From IMG/VR virus record IMGVR_UViG_3300032304_000956, positions 5,829-69,828 of that record: 64,000 bases of DNA, one strand, 5' to 3'. Each line of letters starts with the position of its first letter. Position 1 is the first letter of the stretch. Shown one piece after another: positions 29,692-39,893 of the stretch. The stretch is from a virus. A model generated the notes under the pieces. That model was not told where the DNA came from. It ran no database searches and saw only the letters and a program-made list of their open reading frames with translations. Position numbers and translations under genes: made by a program.

Positions 29692-32019
29692 ATGGCAACA
29701 AGAACAATTAATAGCGCGGGGGTCCAAATCCTTGAGCGTGATCTTTCCTTGAGACTGCCACAAAACGTTGGAACAAACGTTTTTGTGACTGGATTTACAA
29801 ATCAAGGACCGACTGACGAAGTTATAAAGATTTCAACAAGGGACGAATTCGAACAAATTTACGGCACTCCTACAAATAGTGCTGAACGTTACTTCTATTA
29901 CTCTGTGAGAGAGCTTCTCAACTCTCCTGCAAACATCTACACCTATCGTTTACCTTACGGTGCTAACTCTGGTGATGGATTTGGAAGTCAATACTCCGCT
30001 TTGCTTTACCCAGTTCAATCAGTTGATCTCAACAGTCCAACTGCTGGTTCTTCTAACCTTGACTTGAGTGGTAATTGCGCTTATTTCTTAGGTGAACCAA
30101 CACACATTGATTTGAACGAAGCTCAATATAACCAAGCTTTGGAAGGAACTTTATTCGATTGGAGCACAACTGCTACTAACGCAGCATCTTTCAGCGCAAC
30201 TTCAGCATATGGTAAAGCTGGTGTTATCGTCCTTAACAAGGCGAAAACTACCATCAATAGCCAATTTGAAGGATATTATATTGGTCTTGCAGACAACACA
30301 AACATCAACCCAGCGACTGACTACGATGCAATTAAGGGTGTTCAGACTTTGAGCCTTACAGGAAACTATGTCAACAACCTTTCTGGTGCGTTTACATACA
30401 CCCCAGTTCCTGTTGGCACTCTTCAGTTTAGCCTCACTGCAACTCCAACTGGTGTTGCTAACAGCGTTTCTCAAATCATGGAGAACCTTACTGACTATAA
30501 CATCGATGACAGAGAAGATGATGACCTTCTTAATCTCGGTGTGTTCAAGCTTCGTAAGAGTCTTTATGCTACCGAGAGCTTCAAGTTGGATTATCTTCTT
30601 GAAGATGCTATCGTTGGTTCCATCGACAGCTTCAGAACTCAGTTGAACCCAAGCGGTGGTCCAGCAATTCCATTCTTCTTGGAACAGCAAGACACAAACA
30701 GCCGCAACGTTGAGATTTTGGTTAACCCATACATCTCCAATAAGTTCCGTCAGTCCAGCTTGGATTCAAGTGGTATCCCAACTAAGAAGGTTAGAGTGTT
30801 GACAAGTGGTATGATCACCAACTATGCAAAAATCTCATCCTCTCTTAACAGCATCCCACTCTCAACTATCCAATCCCTAAGCTCAACACTTGGTTTTGCT
30901 GATAATCTTTATCCGCTTGGCGCTTACAGCAACACTGTAATCAAGCAAAAGCTTATCGGTAGCATCCCAAGCAAAATTGATCGTGCTTTGGATAGCATCA
31001 GAAATGATGAAGTTTACGACATTGATGTTATTGCAGAAGCTGGTCTTGGCACCATCTTTGCAGTTGCTTCAGCGGCAGGAACTGAATACTATGATGATAC
31101 TCTCTACACTTCGGCTCTTAAAACTAAGATCGATGCGATGAGAACATCGCAAGATCTCACGAATACTGATATCCGTGCTAACTACACTAACATCTTCAAC
31201 AAGTTTGAAAACTTCTGTAACCTTCCAAGTAACACTGGTGGTCGTGGAGACTGCGTGTTTATCGCTGACCCAATCCGCCACTTCCTTGTAACTGGAAGAA
31301 ACACTAAGATTCTTAGCGATAAGAATAAGAATTTCCAAACTGATGTTTACTGGCCGATCAGACACCAATTCGAATTGACAAACTCTTCATATGCCATCAC
31401 CTACGGAAACTGGGTGTTGATCTATGATGACTTTACTGGTGAAAATGTCTGGATTCCATTCTCTCCATTTGCAGCTTCTGCAATGGCAAGAACAGATGCC
31501 AATGAATATCCATGGAGTGCGCCCGCTGGTTACACCAGAGGTATCGTAACAACAGCACTTGATATCGCTGTCAACCCTAACCAAAAGCAACGTGATGAAC
31601 TCTACAAGAGCAACATCAACCCGCTTACATTCAGCGCATCAGATGGTATCGTTATCATCGGTCAAAAGACCCTTAATAAGAAGCCAAGTGCATTCGACAG
31701 AATCAACGTTCGCCGCTTGTTCTTGACACTTGAACGTCCAACCAAGAAAGTAGCCAAATACTTCTTGTTTGAGCCGAACAACGACTTCACAAGAACTCGC
31801 TTCGTGAATACTTTGACTCCGCTCTTTGAATACGCGAAGCAAAACGGTGGTTGCTATGATTACTTGATTGTTTGTGACGAAAGGAATAATACAGCGGAAG
31901 TGATTGACGCTAATGAATTACATGCTGATGTGTTTATCAAACCAACTAAAACAGCAGAATTTATAACAGTAACATTCACAGCGACAAGAACAGACGCCAA
32001 CTTTAACGAAATTATATAA
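29692..32019 (+). CDS. tail sheath protein (gp18-like)
   Basis: SAGVQILERDLS, PWSAPAGYTRG, SAFDRINVRRLFL, FEPNNDFTR, KPTKTAEFI. Confidence 0.95.
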   Translation: MATRTINSAGVQILERDLSLRLPQNVGTNVFVTGFTNQGPTDEVIKISTRDEFEQIYGTPTNSAERYFYYSVRELLNSPANIYTYRLPYGANSGDGFGSQYSALLYPVQSVDLNSPTAGSSNLDLSGNCAYFLGEPTHIDLNEAQYNQALEGTLFDWSTTATNAASFSATSAYGKAGVIVLNKAKTTINSQFEGYYIGLADNTNINPATDYDAIKGVQTLSLTGNYVNNLSGAFTYTPVPVGTLQFSLTATPTGVANSVSQIMENLTDYNIDDREDDDLLNLGVFKLRKSLYATESFKLDYLLEDAIVGSIDSFRTQLNPSGGPAIPFFLEQQDTNSRNVEILVNPYISNKFRQSSLDSSGIPTKKVRVLTSGMITNYAKISSSLNSIPLSTIQSLSSTLGFADNLYPLGAYSNTVIKQKLIGSIPSKIDRALDSIRNDEVYDIDVIAEAGLGTIFAVASAAGTEYYDDTLYTSALKTKIDAMRTSQDLTNTDIRANYTNIFNKFENFCNLPSNTGGRGDCVFIADPIRHFLVTGRNTKILSDKNKNFQTDVYWPIRHQFELTNSSYAITYGNWVLIYDDFTGENVWIPFSPFAASAMARTDANEYPWSAPAGYTRGIVTTALDIAVNPNQKQRDELYKSNINPLTFSASDGIVIIGQKTLNKKPSAFDRINVRRLFLTLERPTKKVAKYFLFEPNNDFTRTRFVNTLTPLFEYAKQNGGCYDYLIVCDERNNTAEVIDANELHADVFIKPTKTAEFITVTFTATRTDANFNEII

Positions 32020-32023
32020 TAAC

Positions 32024-32058
32024 AAGAAAAAGTCAAGATTTAATCTTGACTTTTTCTT
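32024..32058. terminator. perfect 17-bp inverted repeat/terminator after the sheath gene
   Basis: aagaaaaagtcaagatt-t-aatcttgactttttctt. Confidence 0.7.
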
Positions 32059-32101
32059 TAGTTGATTGATAATTATGAAAATTACAAAGTATTAAGAAAT
32101 C

Positions 32102-33805
32102 ATGAATTTAAAAAATGAAATACGTAAATGTTTTGATGTTAAGGGCAACTTAAGTTTTAAAAAAATATCAAAAAATTTATTAAATGAGATAATAAAAGCA
32201 ACGTCATTTCTCGATGAATATAATGCGAAGCCCCAAGAGCGAGTTTATTGCATACTTAATGATATTAAAGAAATTATAAAATGTCCAATTACAAATAAAA
32301 AATTAAGATATTCTCCGCAGAATAAAAAATACAACAATTCATTTAATTATAGTCAAAAAAACAAAGTTGTAAAAAATAAATTCAATTACACAGAAAAAAA
32401 CAAAAGATCATCTGATGAATTGAAACAAAAATATTTAAATTCTGATTATAGTTTAATGAGTAAAGAAGAGTGTTCTGCATTTTTTCATAAACATTCAACC
32501 CAAGATAATGTTTCGTTTAGCATCTCTCGACTATCAAAATATCCTAATTTTGCATGTAGTGTTTTTTATTACACTCCATTCATTACATTGGATGATTTTT
32601 CAATATCTGAACGTGTTTATTGCATAGAACATAATATACAGACAACCCCAACAGATGATGAAAATAATCCTCTACCATTTATAAACAGGAAAAAAGGATA
32701 TAGTAAATATGCATCCCGCAAAGACATGCATGAAAAACAAATGATAACTATATCATCTCAAATAGAAGAAAAATTTGAAATCTTATCGTTCATTAAAGAC
32801 CAAAATACGACTACAACATCCAGAGTTGAAGTTAAATGCAAACAATGTGAACACATTTTCAAACCATTATTTAAAAATAAATTATGGAGCGTTATATATT
32901 GCCCTAATTGCAATGGTCATTCTGGCAGATCAAGAGAAGAAAATGAAGTTGTTGACTTTTTAAAAACTTTAGGGGTTGATAATATCATTTTAAATGACAG
33001 AAACGTGCTTAATGGACATGAATTGGATATTTATCTCCCCGACCATTCATTGGCAATTGAATACAATGGAATTTTGTGGCATTCATTCGGAACAACATTT
33101 CCGAATAACGCGGAAGATGAATCATATAAAAAACATAAACATTTAAAAAAGTATGAACAATGTTTAGATCAAGGGATATCTTTGATTACGATATTTGACA
33201 ATGAATGGAAATTGAAAAAAGATATAATAAAATCGATATTGTGTAATAAATTGAAAAAAACGTCTAATAAAATATATGCTCGTAAATGTAAATACAGTGA
33301 GGTTGGTTTGGATATTGCTAAAAAATTTCTTGATGTAAATCATAGACAAGGTTCTTGTAAATTTACAAAAGCTATTGGGTTATATTACAATAATGAACTG
33401 GTATCTTTGATGTGTTTTGGAAATAGAAAAATTACCAGAGGGGCATCAACATATGAATTAATTCGATTTTGTAATTTATTAAATACTCAAGTTATTGGGG
33501 GTGCTAGTAAAATTTTAAAACATTCAAACATTAAAAAATTTATATCTTATTGCGATTTGAGATACAGTAATGGCGAATTATATAAAAAATTAAATATGAA
33601 ATTAATATCAAAATCAAAACCAAACTATTATTATACATCAGACAACATCGTTCTATTACATAGAATGAATTTTCAAAAACACACATTGATAAAAACGGCG
33701 TCTGATAAAGAGAAAACAGAAAGAGAATTAATGTATGAAAGGGGTTACAGGAGAATCTACGATTGCGGCAATCTGGTATTTTTGTATGACGCGGACGCTT
33801 TTTGA
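32102..33805 (+). CDS. Hef-like homing endonuclease (repeats, Zn ribbon, PD-(D/E)xK, C-terminal GNAT-like domain)
   Basis: ERVYCI twice, CKQC..CPNC, ELDIYLPD..AIEYNG..WHS, IYARKC...YELIRFC...GGASK...RIYDCG; AT-rich insert between sheath and tube. Confidence 0.75.
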   Translation: MNLKNEIRKCFDVKGNLSFKKISKNLLNEIIKATSFLDEYNAKPQERVYCILNDIKEIIKCPITNKKLRYSPQNKKYNNSFNYSQKNKVVKNKFNYTEKNKRSSDELKQKYLNSDYSLMSKEECSAFFHKHSTQDNVSFSISRLSKYPNFACSVFYYTPFITLDDFSISERVYCIEHNIQTTPTDDENNPLPFINRKKGYSKYASRKDMHEKQMITISSQIEEKFEILSFIKDQNTTTTSRVEVKCKQCEHIFKPLFKNKLWSVIYCPNCNGHSGRSREENEVVDFLKTLGVDNIILNDRNVLNGHELDIYLPDHSLAIEYNGILWHSFGTTFPNNAEDESYKKHKHLKKYEQCLDQGISLITIFDNEWKLKKDIIKSILCNKLKKTSNKIYARKCKYSEVGLDIAKKFLDVNHRQGSCKFTKAIGLYYNNELVSLMCFGNRKITRGASTYELIRFCNLLNTQVIGGASKILKHSNIKKFISYCDLRYSNGELYKKLNMKLISKSKPNYYYTSDNIVLLHRMNFQKHTLIKTASDKEKTERELMYERGYRRIYDCGNLVFLYDADAF

Positions 33806-33828
33806 TAATCACATAACTAAATAACTAT

Positions 33829-34398
33829 ATGCCAGCGAATATTGAAACATTCTTCTCTCAAGCTTCCCAAAAGCAATTTGCCAGAGACTTCCTATTTAGA
33901 ATCAAAGACATTTCCTTTCCGGGTCTTTCCTTAAGGGGAGAAACCGATCTTGTTTATGCCAAGGCGGGAACTTTACCGGGCCGAACAATTGAAAACAAAA
34001 CTGTCAGTTATGCTGGTCAAGTTTTCAATATCGGAGGTAGAGCTACCTATGAAGGTGCTGAAGGTTATTCCATCAGCTTCTATTCAGACCAAGCCCTTGA
34101 TCTTAGAACAAAGCTTGAAAACGCTTCCCGAGTAGCGTTCAACAACGAAGACACTACTGCGAATCTTTGTATGCCCGGACCAGAAAGCTCCATCACTCTT
34201 GATATTCTTGCAATTCCTTGCACAAGAGATATCAATGCAACTTCAGGTCAACCACTTCAAATCGTCAAGACCATCAAGTTGATTGGTGTTGGCATTCGTA
34301 ATATCGGAGCTTTGACTTATTCTATCGCAGAAGGAACTGGTGATATTGTATCATTTGATGCTACATTTAGTTATCACTGGTATGAAGATTTCAGTTGA
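33829..34398 (+). CDS. tail tube protein (gp19-like)
   Basis: YAKAGTLPGRTI...YAG...GRATYEG, FDATFSYHWYE. Confidence 0.8.
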   Translation: MPANIETFFSQASQKQFARDFLFRIKDISFPGLSLRGETDLVYAKAGTLPGRTIENKTVSYAGQVFNIGGRATYEGAEGYSISFYSDQALDLRTKLENASRVAFNNEDTTANLCMPGPESSITLDILAIPCTRDINATSGQPLQIVKTIKLIGVGIRNIGALTYSIAEGTGDIVSFDATFSYHWYEDFS

Positions 34399-34414
34399 TC
34401 ACTAAATAGTTGAT

Positions 34415-35035
34415 ATGGGAATGCCAATCCAAATCAACGATTTCTTACAATCATTTAGCAGGGAGGCCAAATTTTGTTTGAGCCTCCCTGTCTTTTGGTC
34501 AATTTCAATTGATGGAGTTACAACAGGTGCGATAAATAATCAGTTGGAAAAAGCAGGTGAAAAATGGAAAGCTAATACAACGCCAAATGATATGAGTAAA
34601 GGTGATGCTGGCTCTATTTTAGTTGCTCAGAGTGTAACATTACCAACTGAATCATCAGAATTTGTAGCGTTGGACTTTGGCACAGGCAAAGGTGGTTTCT
34701 TACCAACTCATGCCCTGAATAATCGAATAAATTTCTTGAACAGAACTTTCTCTGTTAACATTTTGGAAACTGCCCAAGATTTGGAGCATGAATTTTTTAG
34801 ACCTTGGATGATTGCAGTAGGTATAAAAGGACTTATCGAAGATGGATCTCCTAGCTTAAAAGCCACTATGGTTGTGAAGCAATATGATAACCAAGGAAAC
34901 TTCAGAAAAGGTTATAAGCTTAATGGTGTTCATCCGACTGCTGTTGAGGGTTATACTTTAGATTATGATAATACCACGTTCACTATTAAAAGTGTAACGA
35001 TGGCTTGTTTGAATTATGAACCAATAGTTGGATAA
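34415..35035 (+). CDS. tail-tube-like baseplate protein (gp54-like)
   Basis: AQSVTLPTES, FFRPWM, VHPTAV. Confidence 0.55.
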   Translation: MGMPIQINDFLQSFSREAKFCLSLPVFWSISIDGVTTGAINNQLEKAGEKWKANTTPNDMSKGDAGSILVAQSVTLPTESSEFVALDFGTGKGGFLPTHALNNRINFLNRTFSVNILETAQDLEHEFFRPWMIAVGIKGLIEDGSPSLKATMVVKQYDNQGNFRKGYKLNGVHPTAVEGYTLDYDNTTFTIKSVTMACLNYEPIVG

Positions 35036-35760
35036 TGTTATCATTCCGCAAATTAAAAGAAGTGTCCTCATTTATAGAAACGGGAAGAGATGATAAATTC
35101 TATGAATTTTTGAATGAATTTGAAGGAGATACCGTTCAAGAAAAATTTAAATCTATTTTAAATGCATGGGAATATCATGTTAGCGATACTATAACATTTT
35201 CATTAGAAGGTAAAGAAATAACAATTCAATTATCTTATCTTGTAAATCAACTGTCTCAAAATTTAAATGATATTGTTATTATAAAAGATAATGATAACAC
35301 ATATGAATTGGGGATACCAGAAGAATTCACGTTCAATACAAATGATGTAATGCCTATTTATAACTTATTGAAAGTAGTTAAGTTTTCTGATATATCTTTA
35401 AATTTATCATCGTTATCTAAATCTGATAAACAATTGGTTATCAATAAATTACCAGCCAAGGTATTCTCTAAGATAGCAGAACATATTGCAAAAGACAAAT
35501 CTAAAGTTTACAAACTTGATAATCCGCTGTTAAGTTCGATAACAATTAATTTTTACACAAACCAACCTTATATTTTCTTAAAAGGATTGTTTTCTAATTA
35601 CACAAAAGAATATTTCCAAGATGTTATTTTTTACTTATCCAAGCGCATCGATGGAAATATTTTAATGGACTCTGACATTAAAGATATCAGCTTCTACATG
35701 AAGAAATACAACGATGAAATGCAAAGTCAACAAAATAACACTCCAAGACTTGATTTCTAA
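35035..35760 (+). CDS. baseplate hub assembly protein (gp26/gp51-like)
   Basis: Position and weak similarity to the downstream gp26-like gene. Confidence 0.4.
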   Translation: MLSFRKLKEVSSFIETGRDDKFYEFLNEFEGDTVQEKFKSILNAWEYHVSDTITFSLEGKEITIQLSYLVNQLSQNLNDIVIIKDNDNTYELGIPEEFTFNTNDVMPIYNLLKVVKFSDISLNLSSLSKSDKQLVINKLPAKVFSKIAEHIAKDKSKVYKLDNPLLSSITINFYTNQPYIFLKGLFSNYTKEYFQDVIFYLSKRIDGNILMDSDIKDISFYMKKYNDEMQSQQNNTPRLDF

Positions 35761-35782
35761 AAGTTTCAGGTAAATAGCAAAT

Positions 35783-36520
35783 ATGGACGACAACGTTAAG
35801 TCATTTCTTGAAAAAATCAACGAAATTAAATCTGATAAATTAAAGGTTGATGTAATATCTACTGGCAAACAAATTGAATGCGAGCCTTTGACATTCAAAC
35901 AACAAAAGGAAATCATTTCTACAATTACAGAAGGTATTGTAGGGGCTCTCAAGTTTCAAAAAGTAGTCAACGATGCAATTTTGGAAAACACAGGAGATAA
36001 AAACCTAACGGTCGTTGATAGACTTTTAATCTCCCTTCAATTGCGCTCTAATAGCGTTGGAACGGTTGTTAAATTTGACGATGAGAAATACGATGTGTTG
36101 TCTGAAGTTATTGAAAAATTGAAGTCGGTCAAGCCCACTACAACAAAAAAAATCCAAGGGATTATTAGCCTCGAATTGGAAATTCCTACATTGGTAGCAG
36201 AAAATCAAATTATAACATCTTGCGTCGATATTTTAAAGAAAGATGCTGATAAAGATATTGGTAAAAGCGTTGGAGATATTTACACATTTGAAATTGTCAA
36301 ATACATCAAAAACGTGACGATTGGAGAAGATTCAATTAACTTTAGTAATTTAGCTGTTCGCGATAGAGTTAAGATCGTGAATAATCTACCCCTTGTCTTG
36401 AATAAAGAAATTACTGCATTCATTCAAGCTTACAAAACTCTTGAAAACGATGCTCTTACTGTTCGTATTAAGGATTCTGATCGTTTAATTGATGTTGATG
36501 TCGCTTTCTTTGATTCATGA
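35783..36520 (+). CDS. baseplate hub assembly protein gp26-like
   Basis: PLTFKQQKEII...LTVVDRLLISLQLRSNSVG. Confidence 0.7.
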   Translation: MDDNVKSFLEKINEIKSDKLKVDVISTGKQIECEPLTFKQQKEIISTITEGIVGALKFQKVVNDAILENTGDKNLTVVDRLLISLQLRSNSVGTVVKFDDEKYDVLSEVIEKLKSVKPTTTKKIQGIISLELEIPTLVAENQIITSCVDILKKDADKDIGKSVGDIYTFEIVKYIKNVTIGEDSINFSNLAVRDRVKIVNNLPLVLNKEITAFIQAYKTLENDALTVRIKDSDRLIDVDVAFFDS

Positions 36521-36535
36521 TTCTAAATAAGTAAT

Positions 36536-38581
36536 GTGGAATCAAATGTTGAAATATTACCTACTTTAAATCGAATTCTTGGTTTTTTACAAACCATGGA
36601 AGGTGATAAAGGTATGCCAAAACAAGATAAATTGGCAGAAACCAATATTATTAATTCATCGATTGGTAATAGAGAAGCTTCGAAAAATACATTATCATCT
36701 CAAGAAAAAAACAAAACTACTGAGTTTGCAAAAATATTCAGTGACGTATTTGTTGAAATACAAAATGCGAAAAAACCGGATGTTGCTGAGAAAACAATCG
36801 TAGGTAGTATTGCCAAATCACAAACCAAAGCAACCACACCGATATCTCAAAAGCCCAAAGAAGAAATGTCATTACTGTCTGGTCTTGGAACTGGGTTGAT
36901 GTTAATTGTTGGGGGCATAGCCGCTCTTGTGAGTGGTTTGATGAATGATGGTCCTTTTAGAGGAGCATTAAAAATTCTATCCAGAATAGGAATAGAAGGC
37001 GGGATAGCGATATTGAAAAGAGTCGTTTCAACTGTATTTACATTGCTTAAAGAATTACCTGAGAAACTTTTTGGAAAACTTGGAGGGAAGTTTACAAAAT
37101 TTATAGGAGAATTTTCTGGTGGTTTGGGTGGTAAAGTTTTGGCCAAACTTGAAAAAGGATTTCTTGGAAAGATGGCCGTTAAAGTGCTCAAACCGCTATC
37201 CAAGGTTTTAACAAAAATTCCACTTATTGGAACTCTTATATCATTAGGGTTTGCGTATATACGTTTTAAAGACGGTGATATTGTCGGTGGTGTTATTGAT
37301 ACTGTAAGTGCTCTTGTTGGACTGTTGAGCTTAGTTCCCGGAGCAGCAGCATTTGTAATACCTATACAACTCGGTCTCGATGCGCTTAACGCTTTTCTCG
37401 ATTATAAATCAGATCAAGGCGAAGGAAAGCCGAAACTTTCTAAATTGGATATATTGGGAGATATGGTTAAATCGATTGGAAGTTTCTTGTGGGAAAACGC
37501 TAAAGATATTCCATTATTGGGAACATTTAAATATCTGGGAATGTCGTGGGATTCGTTTAAAAGTGGTAATCTTAATGAAGCTCTCAAATATCTCGCTTAT
37601 GGTATAGTCGCTATCATACCGGGCGGCGGCTTGATAATACGAGGTATTGATACATTGATGGCTTATCTCAATCCAGATGCCAAACCAGAAGAACCGAATC
37701 TTAATATAGCAGCTGCCGCTTCCTCCATATCATCATGGGCTAAGTCGATTGGCGATTGGATATGGTCAAACGGCGAAAAGATTCCAATTATTTCATCTTT
37801 TAAATATCTCTCAAAAGCTTGGGATTCATTTTCAAGTGGTGATATATTAAAGGGTCTTGAATACGTAGCACGTAGCATTCCGGGTATGGATATGCTTATA
37901 CAAGGTTACAATATGTTGTCGTCTTTATTCTCAACTACTGAATCAACTGACACATCAATTGGAAATACTAACACTAACTGGATTGGTAAAGTTAAAGATT
38001 TTGTTCGTTCTAAAATGAAAGACTTACCAATGGTTTTAAGAAAGCCGTTGGAGTGGCTGGGTATTGTGTCTGAGGACGCCGCCTCTTCCATGCAAACATC
38101 GACAATGGTATCAAATTTAAAAGATTCTGTGAGTTCTGGTTTTGAGAAATCAAAAAACTTTTTCAAAAATGTTTGGAGCGGTATCTCCAACACTGTATCA
38201 ACTAAGGTTGAACAAATAAAATCATTTGCATCTGGCACCTTAGATTCATTGAAGCCAGCTATCGAAGCACCTGTTAATAATGCACAAGCCATTCAAAACG
38301 GTAATGATAAGGTCGGTCAAAGAATGGCAAACATATCTTCTGTTCAAACTGAACGTTTGGGCTTAATGATATCTTTGTCTCAAAAGCACTTAACCGCATT
38401 GAATAATCTTATTACAATAGGTAATATGAGCTTGAATGAGCTTAAGAGAATGAACTCCTCTGCACAAACAGCGGCTATTCCAAATATACCTCAAATAAAT
38501 CCAATGCCAACAAAAGACATAATTGAATTTGATGATAATCGAGATGGTTATTTCACAAGTGTGTATAGATTGGGTGCCTAA
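36536..38581 (+). CDS. tape-measure/gp29-like protein
   Basis: Helical, hydrophobic segments, internal repeats (IPLLGTFKYL / IPIISSFKYL); position after gp26. Confidence 0.6.
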   Translation: MESNVEILPTLNRILGFLQTMEGDKGMPKQDKLAETNIINSSIGNREASKNTLSSQEKNKTTEFAKIFSDVFVEIQNAKKPDVAEKTIVGSIAKSQTKATTPISQKPKEEMSLLSGLGTGLMLIVGGIAALVSGLMNDGPFRGALKILSRIGIEGGIAILKRVVSTVFTLLKELPEKLFGKLGGKFTKFIGEFSGGLGGKVLAKLEKGFLGKMAVKVLKPLSKVLTKIPLIGTLISLGFAYIRFKDGDIVGGVIDTVSALVGLLSLVPGAAAFVIPIQLGLDALNAFLDYKSDQGEGKPKLSKLDILGDMVKSIGSFLWENAKDIPLLGTFKYLGMSWDSFKSGNLNEALKYLAYGIVAIIPGGGLIIRGIDTLMAYLNPDAKPEEPNLNIAAAASSISSWAKSIGDWIWSNGEKIPIISSFKYLSKAWDSFSSGDILKGLEYVARSIPGMDMLIQGYNMLSSLFSTTESTDTSIGNTNTNWIGKVKDFVRSKMKDLPMVLRKPLEWLGIVSEDAASSMQTSTMVSNLKDSVSSGFEKSKNFFKNVWSGISNTVSTKVEQIKSFASGTLDSLKPAIEAPVNNAQAIQNGNDKVGQRMANISSVQTERLGLMISLSQKHLTALNNLITIGNMSLNELKRMNSSAQTAAIPNIPQINPMPTKDIIEFDDNRDGYFTSVYRLGA

Positions 38582-38589
38582 ATATTAAC

Positions 38590-39486
38590 ATGGCTTACGA
38601 TATTATCAATGATTATGACTGGACAAGTATGCCAAAGGGCTCCCCTTTGCGTTATAATACTCCGCAGTTATTTGTTAAAGCGTATGATTTGGATAAAAAT
38701 CTAACTATTAACAGGTTTAGAAATTACGTTACGGTAGTAACAGAACAAGATCCGTTGAAATTTTATGATAAGCTGTATAGTGATGCCACAACAGCAACAA
38801 ATGATTATTACTTATTTCCATTTTTCGGAGATAATATAAGAAGCTTTACCAATTCATTTGGTGATACTTTTAAAAATGGTTTTGGAGGAAGCGGTGGTGT
38901 AGGAGAAGCATTAGATGCTGGAATACAATCACTTGGAGGAACCGCTGTAGATTTAGCTCAAACGGCAGCTGCTGGTGCTGGAATGTTGGGATCTTTTATA
39001 AAAAATAGTGGATACGATTTCGCCTCTATTGGATCTACTTTATCAAAATTAGATGGGGATGGCAATGCTGGATCATATATTGAAACTCCTAAATTTTATG
39101 ACTTTACGTCAGCTTCTGAAGGTCCATTAGAAGTTAACTTCGTTCTTTCTAACACAATAAATGCTGATTCTGTAGAACTTAACTATAAATTCATCACAGA
39201 ATTCATGAAGCATAATAGACCAACGAGAAAAACATCAGTTGCAATGACCCCACCTAGAATATATGAAGTTACATTAAAGGGCTGGCGTTACATGCGTTGG
39301 GCATATTGCAGCGCATTGTCTATTCAGTTCTTGGGAGCACGTAAAATGATTGGAGCTAAAATCGTTCCCGAAGGTTATGGCATTACCATGGCATTCACTC
39401 CACTCACAATCGAACCTTCCAACTTCATCGATTATCTATCAAATACAACTGGTGGTGGATTTGCTGGTGCCGCTCCTCAACAATAA
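38590..39486 (+). CDS. baseplate tail-tube cap (gp48-like)
   Basis: Position; TPPRIYEV...AYCSALSIQF. Confidence 0.5.
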   Translation: MAYDIINDYDWTSMPKGSPLRYNTPQLFVKAYDLDKNLTINRFRNYVTVVTEQDPLKFYDKLYSDATTATNDYYLFPFFGDNIRSFTNSFGDTFKNGFGGSGGVGEALDAGIQSLGGTAVDLAQTAAAGAGMLGSFIKNSGYDFASIGSTLSKLDGDGNAGSYIETPKFYDFTSASEGPLEVNFVLSNTINADSVELNYKFITEFMKHNRPTRKTSVAMTPPRIYEVTLKGWRYMRWAYCSALSIQFLGARKMIGAKIVPEGYGITMAFTPLTIEPSNFIDYLSNTTGGGFAGAAPQQ

Positions 39487-39494
39487 ATAATATA

Positions 39495-39893
39495 ATGATC
39501 GACGTAGGACAATATAGGGACCAAATCTCAGCATTAGAAGCTTTGAATATCAAAAGCTATGAACGTATTTTCAAAGTGTTTACCCAATCACTCGATGATA
39601 AGGATTTCTACACATACAATACATTGAAGAAGATTGATTTTCCAGTAATTGATAGCGATTACCTCGGATTTTACGATGTCAAAACTCGTATGGCGCTAAC
39701 CACGATATCATACAAAATTTATGGCGATATTCAAAGTTGGTGGATACTTTATCTCCTAAATAAAGATAAGTTTGACGGAGCCCCATTTTATGTAAATGGG
39801 GGAGTTCAATTGTCTTACATCGATCCCGGTGTCACCACATTGATTTATTCTGATATAACCAATTCTACTATTTTCGGAGGACGACATTATTAA
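39495..39893 (+). CDS. baseplate wedge gp53-like (LysM)
   Basis: LTTISYKIYGDIQSWWILYLLN. Confidence 0.75.
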   Translation: MIDVGQYRDQISALEALNIKSYERIFKVFTQSLDDKDFYTYNTLKKIDFPVIDSDYLGFYDVKTRMALTTISYKIYGDIQSWWILYLLNKDKFDGAPFYVNGGVQLSYIDPGVTTLIYSDITNSTIFGGRHY

